A stretch of DNA of 63,276 nt, counting the filler. It is 21 parts of 21 records of this genome, joined end to end, with 100 filler letters (N's around TTAATTAATTAA, not from the genome) between each part and the next. Parts side by side here need not be neighbours in the genome. Positions count along the whole stretch, not along the records: positions 54,554 to 56,637 come from SRR36015645_69968; positions 56,738 to 59,414 come from SRR36015645_70582; positions 59,515 to 63,276 come from SRR36015645_70586; 18 more parts are not named here. One strand, written 5' to 3'. Numbering within the stretch: the stretch's first letter is position 1; every line of letters begins with the position of its first letter. The notes under the pieces are model-generated. The model worked only from the letters and a program-made list of their open reading frames with translations, was not told where the DNA came from and did no database searches. Shown here one piece after another: positions 54,554-63,276 of this stretch. A program made the translations under genes and the position numbers.

Positions 54554-56635
54554 AAAAAGGCACAGTTCGATGTGGAATGCGCCAAACAGAATGAAAACGT
54601 TGTCATATGTTGGTTGTTCAGTCGTTTGTATCTTCAAGGCATTCTTAGCCACATCAAGGTCATAGGTGACCACTACATATTGCTGTTGACATTCATCAGC
54701 ACATTTCTGTGTTATCCTCAACGTTTCTGCAACAACATCGTTGCTGGTTGGGGAGCGATCGATGTTAGGCATGTAGTGTATGATTTGCTGTGGTAAGTTA
54801 TCTGTATAAAACTTTGCATTGAATCCAACCCACATTGGTATGTTCTCTATCTCTAATGCATGAGCCGCCATCCACAACATATCAAGTTTACTAGCCCCAT
54901 ATGACATATTAGGTAGATTTCTGAAATCCGTTTTGGTGTACGTAAACGTGTCCATGCGTGGTTTCTTACAGTATGGTTCAAGCTCTTTTCTAGGCGTGGT
55001 TAATTTTCTGCGTTTTTGCCTCTTTTCTGTAGGAGTAACTTCTGCAGCAATCTCCTCTGGTCCTGACTTGGTACTGTTTTGCATTGTTTGGTAGAAAATA
55101 CCCATTGTGTCGTGAAGGCTGTCCTTGCCTGATAGTGTATGCGTTAACTCGTCGTAGTTGTCAAAAGCGAGTCCACAAGGAACACCTGCAACAGAGCCAA
55201 CTGGGCATGCTTCACCTCTTTCAATTGATGCATAACCAAGTTCGGTTTCCAGCTCTTCAACTGCTGCATAGTTAATTGAATATCCAAACTTGTTGAGCAA
55301 TGTGATGATTTTCCTGCTTCCTGTAAGAGATTTTATTGTCATACCAGTCAGAATGTGTTTTGATGGCCTTAGTGTGCCATGTTTGACGTTGAATAGGGCA
55401 TCCTGGCTCATAGCATCTGCTCTTCGTGCAACAGATTCCGACAGATTATCAACAGCGGTTCCACCCAACAGAATTTTGAAAAAGCTTTGCACGATTTCTG
55501 GTGGTGTTCCTTCTCCTTTTTTAAGATCGTCAACTGTTAGTGGATCGCTAAAGGACTCCTTCTCAACCTTTTTTAGAGCCTGTCTTAGTAACAATGCTGC
55601 CTGCATAATTTGACCTTCTTCAGATGTTTGGAAATTATACACAGCTTTAATGGTAGCATAGTCAAGGTTTGAGTTGTAGACGATCACACCTGACCGTTTG
55701 TGATCGGGCGTTTGAAGGGTAATTCGCTCCTGGAAGTGTTTTTGTAGGAGCTGTCCGAAGTATTGCGCCGTTGTCGTGCATGGTATAAATTCGAGGTCGG
55801 TGCAGATGCTACAGTAGCGGTCATAAATCGAGTGTAAAAGTTCTGGTCTTTTTTTGTTTATGACCATTTCTTCCACATAGTCAAAAATTGACTTTAGTGC
55901 GACAGAAACAACTGTGCTGTACATACCAGTACTTGCATCAGATTCTGATATCTGCGTGCCACACTTTTGTTTTAGCCGAACCATCTGTTTTATTTTATCA
56001 GCTCGGCAAGTGTGATGGATCTTAGCTTCCTTTGCAATTAGATCCACCCCGCTCACCTTCACCATTAGATCTGTCAGGTTTAACACGTTAGCGATTTCAG
56101 AAATTGTCTGTGCAGCCTGGACGGTTTGAACGCTGCCAAGATACTCCTTTGTTCCATTGGAACGGGTTTTGACATTTTTCTTGCAAAACAAGCATTCTTT
56201 TGGGAAAATACCTGACGAAGTTGTGCCCGTAGTTTCTGATACAAAATCACCCCTTAGCACCCTACGCTCTGGCTCAGTTTTCAGGTTTTTTTTCGAAGGA
56301 ATTGCTTTCGAAGGAATTGCGGTGAAGTTTTTATAACAGATGCTATGATAGCCAGATGTTTCAACCGGTTTATCTGGTAATGCATCTATTACGCTTTTAT
56401 ATTTTGACAAATGGTAGTTTGTGGTTTGCCGTCTCACGGCTGAAACCTTTAGAATTGTGTTCCACCTTTCTTCATCTAAATTAAGAAGTGGTTTGCCTTT
56501 TGCTAAGCAAACGTGAATTAAGCATTTTACAGGCTTAGGATCATCACTTAATTGTCTCTGTTCTAGTTCAACTAAATGTTCTGACAAACTGAAATCTTCT
56601 GTCGCTTCTTCAAATTGGTCAGCTTTCGATTGTTC
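54554..56635 (-). CDS. Fourth Academ transposase, N-terminal half (frame open to the fragment edge)
   Basis: YHSICY, CLFC, IHHTC, AFDNYD, LHDTMG, WVGFN, TYDLDVAK and FGAFH align with the equivalent motifs of the 3551-8527 protein. Confidence 0.78.
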
Positions 56636-56739
56636 TANNNNNNNNNNNNNNNNNNNNNNNNNNNNNNNNNNNNNNNNNNNNTTAATTAATTAANNNNNNN
56701 NNNNNNNNNNNNNNNNNNNNNNNNNNNNNNNNNNNNNCC

Positions 56740-58401
56740 AGTCTAATACAAGAGTTGTTAGATAAGAACTTCTTAGGATATAAAGTCGATCTTGACGATG
56801 CTAAAAGTTTTTACAAAAATTCACTAATGAGCAGTTGGCTTGATCGGGATTTTAATCTGTATCTGAAAGTAGCCTTTCCAGTAAAACGTCAAGATAACTT
56901 ATTCAAAACATATCAGGTGCATGCATTCAATATGCCTTTAATAACTGGAAGCGACCATACTAGCAAAATTGTAAACCTACCAATGTTCTTTGCTGTTGAC
57001 TTAGCTAATGGACGATATGCAGAATTAAGCATGCAAAACTTTGTTTTATGTAAGACACATGATCCCGGGTACTGTTTTAACTTTGTAGCATGGCGTGATA
57101 CAACGCTAAATTCATGTGTTTTGTCACTTTACAATGATAATGTAGAAGGGATAAAAGTAAATTGTGAGTTCCATGCACAGACATTTTCAACGGAAATGTT
57201 TGCCTTTCAAATTAAGCCAAATAGCATATTGATGTCTAATGTTAAAAATGTTATACTAACTTGCAATGGGTCGTCTAGGAAGGCACAGGTTTGCACAGAT
57301 GTCTGTATAGTACAAATACCTTGTGGATGCTCATTGATGTCAGAGTCGTATTACTTTGTTAGTTACTTGGAAACTTGCTATCAAAATTATACAATAGAAC
57401 ACGTGTTTAATGCAAGCCCAATTTTATACGCATTTGACGACATTTCCATGATACAAGAAATACTGACTAACATTAAGGAGCATCCATCTAACATATCAAT
57501 GTTGCCTGACCTACTAATAAGTAACAATAGTAGAGCTTTAGATAGAACGATTAACATGCAACTTCGAACAGCTACTAAACACATGCTAACCAACAAACCT
57601 GTGCGCATGCATTATAATCCTTCAAGCGATGTAGAGTCAATGTACAATTGGTTCAATATATTGAACTGTGCTATGTCAACTTTTGCTTTATTATCTGTGC
57701 TATACATGTTTTGTAACCGACATTCTTATAGTATCTTACCATACAGTTTTGTAAATAAGGCAGAAGCAGCTATTCAAGACAAAAATTTCTTGTGGAGCAA
57801 TATTGACCGTGAAATTACTGCTACTACGTCTAGTGATTTATTACTTGAACCTGAAGACCATATGTCCATAAATATTATACTTGCTTCAATGATTGTAGGA
57901 GTCGTACTGTACATAGTAATCAAAATGATCATAAATCACGTTATGCAGTATGTAAGACCAAGATGTGACATTTTTGTGGAAATTTCAAATGAATGCAGCT
58001 CTTATGAAATTGCACTGTCAAAAATTTATATGTGTCCACAAAATCTAATGTGTCATTCGTTGATTCTAGCAGATGAAAATCCTGTAAAATTAAATAACTC
58101 ATTCCCATATTGGACTTTGCAATTAACGTATTTAAAATGCAGAATATCGACGGCTGATGGCAAAACAATCGTACTACCTGGTAAAGTCAAGTTCAACGTT
58201 CTAAAGTATTGGCATGTTAAGAACATCCTAGACAGCCAAACTCTCAAATGTTCCATTGTATGCTTGCACAACGGCTTCAAAACTTACATCAGTGGACCTA
58301 TCAACAAGTGTGAAATGAGAGTCTTAACTAGTCGAACTTCAGCAATAAATACAGTAGATGAAGCTCAATGCAATTCATTGCTTGTAACTGAACAACGTTA
58401 A
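56740..58401 (+). CDS. env: Env-like membrane glycoprotein (baculovirus-F / Gypsy-env-like C-terminal half) with two predicted TM helices, 5' truncated
   Basis: Cys pattern C......YC, SC..SLY, C.F, LTC...C..VC.V.IPCGC; N-glycosylation sequons (NGS, NYT, NIS, NNS); hydrophobic runs at ~57649-57714 and ~57868-57933; followed by a PPT and TG. Confidence 0.6.
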   Translation, partial: SLIQELLDKNFLGYKVDLDDAKSFYKNSLMSSWLDRDFNLYLKVAFPVKRQDNLFKTYQVHAFNMPLITGSDHTSKIVNLPMFFAVDLANGRYAELSMQNFVLCKTHDPGYCFNFVAWRDTTLNSCVLSLYNDNVEGIKVNCEFHAQTFSTEMFAFQIKPNSILMSNVKNVILTCNGSSRKAQVCTDVCIVQIPCGCSLMSESYYFVSYLETCYQNYTIEHVFNASPILYAFDDISMIQEILTNIKEHPSNISMLPDLLISNNSRALDRTINMQLRTATKHMLTNKPVRMHYNPSSDVESMYNWFNILNCAMSTFALLSVLYMFCNRHSYSILPYSFVNKAEAAIQDKNFLWSNIDREITATTSSDLLLEPEDHMSINIILASMIVGVVLYIVIKMIINHVMQYVRPRCDIFVEISNECSSYEIALSKIYMCPQNLMCHSLILADENPVKLNNSFPYWTLQLTYLKCRISTADGKTIVLPGKVKFNVLKYWHVKNILDSQTLKCSIVCLHNGFKTYISGPINKCEMRVLTSRTSAINTVDEAQCNSLLVTEQR

Positions 58402-59252
58402 TTCTTTGGATACCGTATACATGTAGCTTAAAATATGCCATCAGCTCTAGATTAGTTTTTTTTACTCAGATATGCATAAACGTAGATATATATATTATAT
58501 GCATGTATGTACTTTATTGATGAATTTTTACTAATAATCTGTTATTTATGTCTATTTTTATGTACCGTGGAAAGAGTGATCCTCAGTGGTCAAATGTGAG
58601 ACATGGTCAATTCAGTGTGGATTACAGAACATGGAAACACCAAGCAGATTCTCGGAAATCAACTGTCAAGTCATGAGCAACAGAGTAATGGATGCAGGTC
58701 AAGTCAACAGAAGTAAAACCAAAAACAATTGACCGATGCCCATCATAAAATTTTATTGCCATAGCACATGTAGCGACAGGATGGCTATAAAAACAACCAT
58801 TTAACTAGAAAAGCTCACATAATAAAACAAAAATTTCCGATAAAAACTTCTTTATAAATTTCTTCTGATAACTTGCTAGGTGTTTTCATGATTAAATAAT
58901 GAACTTTCTCAGTCCGTAAACGTATTCTACATGCACTGATATGTACCTATTGAGTCAAATACTGTCTCACTTATGAAATATCGAATTTCTTATCCGCTTG
59001 AACGAAATTTCAATTAACTACAGTACTTGTTTGAATTATTATACTTTCTATACAGTAAATGATGTACACATTATATAATTTGAATACTTTCCATATACAC
59101 TTGATGAATTATTGTCTTCACTATGACCATGTACAAGAAATATGCCTATTCTACGATAAACATTTATTTCAATAGCCTACCTCACCTACTCAATAACATT
59201 TCAAAATCATATACATGTATGTTAGTATCTTGTTTTTAATTTAATAATTATT

Positions 59253-59414
59253 AAGGTGAGGGTGTACTAAGCGAAACATATTTATTATTCTAGTAGAAGT
59301 AGAGGCATTCATAAAACTTTTTCTTTGAATATAAATTACTTTTTAATGAACCAATCACACCACGAATTGCAACATATTTATGTTACTTAAAAAGTGTTAC
59401 TGTTTGATGACAAT
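59253..59414 (+). mobile_element. Polypurine tract and start of a 3' LTR
   Basis: aaggtgaggg (59253-59262) directly followed by TGTA (59263), after a long AT-rich 3' UTR. Confidence 0.5.
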
Positions 59415-59616
59415 NNNNNNNNNNNNNNNNNNNNNNNNNNNNNNNNNNNNNNNNNNNNTTAATTAATTAANNNNNNNNNNNNNNNNNNNNNNNNNNNNNN
59501 NNNNNNNNNNNNNNGTAGCTGTTAAGCCGTTGTTGCATAACAAGGTGACAACATAATACATGTCATTGTCTGAAAAGTCAGATGATTCAGTGATTTAAAT
59601 TTAATTTAAATTCAGA

Positions 59617-59639
59617 CATGGTGGGGTAGAATCCGGGGT
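59617..59639 (+). promoter_or_regulatory. 5' LTR end (CA) + primer-binding site of a Gypsy element
   Basis: ...attcagaCA|TGGtggggtagaatccgggg; TGG is complementary to tRNA CCA; lies 254 nt upstream of the gag ATG. Confidence 0.6.
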
Positions 59640-59872
59640 AAAATAGAGGACTTTATTTAGTAGGTCTTGAGCGACCACATAAAATCTCTTGCAGCATAGG
59701 TGTTGATTAATCAAACCTTGTCATCCAGTAAAACTCTTTTCAGAATACCTAGTAAATTTGCAAAACTCTAGTAAACTTGCAAAACTCTGAAAATCTCCTA
59801 AAATATTTTGCTATAAATCCCTAAAATAATTTGCTAAAATTCTTACCATATTCTTGGAAAAATATAATCAAC

Positions 59873-62800
59873 ATGTCTAGTACAAGGTTAACATACCTAA
59901 GGAGTCAGGTCAATGATAAAATAACCGAGTTATGTGCACTGAACAGCATTGACACAAATGTGGCAAAAACAAAAGAAGAGCGCATAACAGAGCTGGCTGC
60001 TTTGGAAAGAATGGAAGATCCGGTATGGGATGCGATCAAACAAGAACAGCCAGCACCCTCGGGGCCTAACTCGGACATGAAAGCATTATTACTGTACATG
60101 CAAGAACAAAACAGGGATCAAAATAAAGCAAATATGGATCAAAACAAAGCAAATATGGAGGAGATGGAAAGAAGACACCGGATAGATATGGATAGATTAG
60201 TTGCTATGATGCCACATAATCAACCTAGAACAGATCCACAAATTAAAAAGATTCCGGGATTCCGAAAATTAACATCAGAAGATGATATTATTTGTTATTT
60301 GGCAACATTTGAAACACTAGCTAAGGGCTGTAATATAGCTAAAGAGCTCTGGTCAGTGCACTTGTGTCCATTCTTAACAGGCAAGGCGCAAACAGCTTTC
60401 TTTTCATTAGAAGAAGGGGCGCGTAATAATTATGATACGGTGTATGCCAGCATCTTACAACACATGCAATGCACCGACGAGGCCTATAGGAACAAGTTTC
60501 AATCAGCTACCAGAAATGGAAACCAATCTTTTGTGGACTTAGCACATCAGCTAACACTGTATCTGAAGCGATGGTTAGGGGTATCAGACGCAATATGGGA
60601 TGACAAGGAGTTCAGGAGGATTCTGGAACTGATTATCACAGATAGACTAATATCAACAGTGACAGATTCAAGACTAATTTTGAAGCTTAGGGAGCTAAGG
60701 AATAAGCCACCAAATGAAATAGCCACGACTGCTGACGACTTCATGGTTGCAAGGAGCACTATCGATACAAGACAAAAGACTGGTTATCAAAACAGGAAAT
60801 TTGGAAACGGGTACGATAGTCAAAAGAAAGAGAATGGAAACAGCCATGAAGATTCAAAGAAGCAGCATAATGGTAATGGAAATGGTGAAGCATATAAGAA
60901 AAAACCTAAGCCAGATTTCAAAACAGTCTGCAGTCACTGTGGTATTTTGGGACATCTGGAAAAAGCATGTTTCAAGAAATATCCACACTTGAAGACGAAA
61001 ACACATAGTTCAGCAAATGGGAAAGCTAATGATCAGTACAAACAAAGGAATGATCAAAAACATAAAACTGAACAAGTATACTGCTGCAATCTTCGGGTAC
61101 CCTTAAATTCAAATTTTGGGTGTTCATTTAATGAAACTCGAAACAAATCTGATGAATTTGGGCGTTCAATAAATGAAGCTCAAAGGACTCAAAAACATGA
61201 TGGAGCAATAACATCTGGCGTAAAGGCACCAAACTTAGATTTCTTACCAGAAGAACTAAGAGAATCATTAGCGCATAAATTTTCTAAGTTGGCTCAAGTA
61301 AAATCAAATGTTGAAGAAGATCCTTTGGAGAATGACGTTACAACTGTAAGTCAGGACACCAATGAAATAAAGGGATCATCTGCCTTGAAGGACCACCATT
61401 CCTGTTCATACAATGAAGAAGTGAATGGTTCAGCTAGGTTAACACAAATCCAGGGGGACGCTCAGGGAAAAATTGTGGATACCAAAGATGCAAAGGTTCA
61501 AAAAGGTGTCACCGTAAATGCAGACACAGATGCAGGTGACTCAACAGAAGTTGCGGATGAAGACTTGGATAGGTCTAATGGGCAGAAGACACCTTATATA
61601 AAGGATAGTCAGGAGTCTGCATCATTGGGTGACACCTTAAAGGATCAACCAGCAACAATGGATGAGCTATTCATTCCTTTGAAGATCAACAACTTCAAGG
61701 AAACGGTATCTGCTTTCCTCGACCCAGGGGCGTCCTCTGGCCTCATTAAAAAGGAATTTGCAGAAGCGCTTAATGTCACCATGGAACCATATGTCTGTGA
61801 CTTGGAATCCTACTTCGGTGACAAATTGCCAGTGCTCCAAAAGTGTACATTGACTTTGTGGATTGGTGGTGCCAAAATTGAATATCCACTATTAGTCACG
61901 GAGGTAGGAGCCCATGACATAGTGATAGGCCGTGATTTCTGCAGACAGCAGGGATTGGTTATAGACTTCACCAGAAATGCCTTCACTTTAGCATGTCAGC
62001 CTGGGATCTACTTACCCTTTGAATCAGGGGAAGAAACTGTGCTTACAGAAATAGATGATGCAGAGATGGAAGTCCATTCGGAGTACATCATCGATAAAAT
62101 GAAACTGTCCAGGGAAGACATCAGAAAACTAAATGAGGTTATCCGGTCATTTAAAGATGTCATAAATGTGAAACCTGGGAGGACAAACATCCTTAAGCAC
62201 AGGATCATTACTACTACTGACGAACCAGTCAGAAGCGCTCCTTATCGCTTGTCACCAGCAAAGGAGAAATGCTTACGTGAGCAAATCAAGGCACTTCTGG
62301 ATGCAGGGATCATAGAAAGATCAAATTCAAACTATGCCTCGCCAGTTGTTATGGTTCCTAAAAAGCTCACCTACAGAATGACGATAGATTATCGTAAGCT
62401 AAACAAGATTACAAAAGCAGACGCTTACCCAATTCGTACCATAGATGTTATACTAGGCGCCTTATATGGGTCAATAGTGTACTCAGTGATGGATATGAAA
62501 CTTGGATACCACCAGCAAGAAATAGATTCTAGAGACAGAGAAAAGACAGCCTTTATCTGCAGTGAAGGTCTGTTCCACTACAACGTTCTTCCTCTAGGAC
62601 CGATCAATGGTCCGGCTAGCTTCTTCAGACTAATGGAGAAAATCTTACGACCGCTGCTGGGGAAATGCTGCTTCGTATATCTCGACGATATTATCGTTTT
62701 CTCGAAGAATCTAGATCAACACTTTACTGACCTAGAGCAAGTACTAGAACTTTTACGTTCTGCCGGATTGACTGTTTCTCCGGAAAAGTCACACTTTTTC

Positions 62801-63276
62801 TGTAGTAAGGTTAAATACCTCGGTCACATCATATCCAAAGACGGTGTCCAAAAGGATCCGGGGAAAATCGAGAACATTAAAACATATCCAGCACCTTCAA
62901 ACATCAAAGAACTAGAAAGGTTCCTGGGCATGGTGAACTGGTTCCACAAATTCATACCAGATTACGCAACCATAGCAGCACCATTGCACCGTTTGAAAAA
63001 GAAAGATGTAAAGTGGGCTTGGAGTGATGACTGTTCAAGAGCCTTTAATATGCTAAAGGAAATCTTAATGGATGATCTGATCAGAGGATATCCTGATGCT
63101 AGCAAACCCTTTGACGTATATACGGATGCAAGTAATACAGGCTTAGGGGCAGTACTGATCCAGAAACAGGATGCACGGGATCGTGTAATTGAATACGCCA
63201 GCCGTAGCTTGCTTCCAGCGGAAAAGAACTATGCAACCACAGAAAAGGAATGCCTTGCTATAGTGTGGGCTTTGGA
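59873..63276 (+). CDS. Ty3/Gypsy single-ORF gag-pol (SCAN-like gag, zinc knuckle, protease, RT, RNase H), running off the window end; absent from the ORF track
   Basis: Hand translation: DIICYLATFE...W...L.PFLTGKAQ...EAYRNKF; CSHCGILGHLEKAC; FLDPGAS; IDYRKLN; YLDD (62678, same frame); YTDAS; ECLAIVWAL. Confidence 0.9.
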   Translation, partial: MSSTRLTYLRSQVNDKITELCALNSIDTNVAKTKEERITELAALERMEDPVWDAIKQEQPAPSGPNSDMKALLLYMQEQNRDQNKANMDQNKANMEEMERRHRIDMDRLVAMMPHNQPRTDPQIKKIPGFRKLTSEDDIICYLATFETLAKGCNIAKELWSVHLCPFLTGKAQTAFFSLEEGARNNYDTVYASILQHMQCTDEAYRNKFQSATRNGNQSFVDLAHQLTLYLKRWLGVSDAIWDDKEFRRILELIITDRLISTVTDSRLILKLRELRNKPPNEIATTADDFMVARSTIDTRQKTGYQNRKFGNGYDSQKKENGNSHEDSKKQHNGNGNGEAYKKKPKPDFKTVCSHCGILGHLEKACFKKYPHLKTKTHSSANGKANDQYKQRNDQKHKTEQVYCCNLRVPLNSNFGCSFNETRNKSDEFGRSINEAQRTQKHDGAITSGVKAPNLDFLPEELRESLAHKFSKLAQVKSNVEEDPLENDVTTVSQDTNEIKGSSALKDHHSCSYNEEVNGSARLTQIQGDAQGKIVDTKDAKVQKGVTVNADTDAGDSTEVADEDLDRSNGQKTPYIKDSQESASLGDTLKDQPATMDELFIPLKINNFKETVSAFLDPGASSGLIKKEFAEALNVTMEPYVCDLESYFGDKLPVLQKCTLTLWIGGAKIEYPLLVTEVGAHDIVIGRDFCRQQGLVIDFTRNAFTLACQPGIYLPFESGEETVLTEIDDAEMEVHSEYIIDKMKLSREDIRKLNEVIRSFKDVINVKPGRTNILKHRIITTTDEPVRSAPYRLSPAKEKCLREQIKALLDAGIIERSNSNYASPVVMVPKKLTYRMTIDYRKLNKITKADAYPIRTIDVILGALYGSIVYSVMDMKLGYHQQEIDSRDREKTAFICSEGLFHYNVLPLGPINGPASFFRLMEKILRPLLGKCCFVYLDDIIVFSKNLDQHFTDLEQVLELLRSAGLTVSPEKSHFFCSKVKYLGHIISKDGVQKDPGKIENIKTYPAPSNIKELERFLGMVNWFHKFIPDYATIAAPLHRLKKKDVKWAWSDDCSRAFNMLKEILMDDLIRGYPDASKPFDVYTDASNTGLGAVLIQKQDARDRVIEYASRSLLPAEKNYATTEKECLAIVWAL

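Noticed and set aside
59749-60160. Short tandem duplications (19 bp at ~59749, 21 bp at ~60115)
   Set aside because: Two-copy slippage duplications common in TE UTRs and gag; no further structure seen.
526-62208. Numerous 60-240 aa antisense or alternate-frame ORFs in the track
   Set aside because: They are shadows of long TE ORFs or repeat-derived, with no recognisable motifs.
56738-63276. env and the downstream Gypsy gag-pol as a single element
   Set aside because: Different contigs, wrong gene order, and no visible LTR overlap to link them.

Overview
This is not one contiguous locus. It is 21 unrelated fragments of 2.0-6.2 kb joined by an artificial 100-bp spacer (44 N + TTAATTAATTAA + 44 N, with stops in all six frames). 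The content is eukaryotic, probably from an invertebrate animal, and almost entirely transposable elements. There are 4 non-LTR retrotransposon pieces (CR1/L2-like, an esterase-bearing ORF1, L1/Tx1-like), 4 Academ (XPG-type) DNA transposons (one nearly complete, with ~90-bp imperfect TIRs), 2 piggyBac, 2 THAP/P-element, 1 hAT-like, 2 Ty3/Gypsy gag-pol, 1 BEL/Pao, 1 env-like gene followed by a PPT and LTR start, and 3 tyrosine-recombinase (Ngaro/DIRS-group) retrotransposons. The one apparent host sequence is a large exon of GCC2/GCC3-type Cys repeats. The most striking signal is in the three YR retrotransposons. In each, gag ends in the same AGT-TGA-CTA context, in frame with an open pol, which is a classic UGA-CUA stop-readthrough signal. 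Each also has a predicted transmembrane helix between that stop and the RT domain. Each gag carries a phase-1 splice-donor-like site, and the YR ORF, which has no AUG at its 5' end, is preceded by a phase-1 acceptor. Together these suggest an expression scheme combining readthrough, membrane anchoring and splicing. All calls come from motif reading only; no searches were run.
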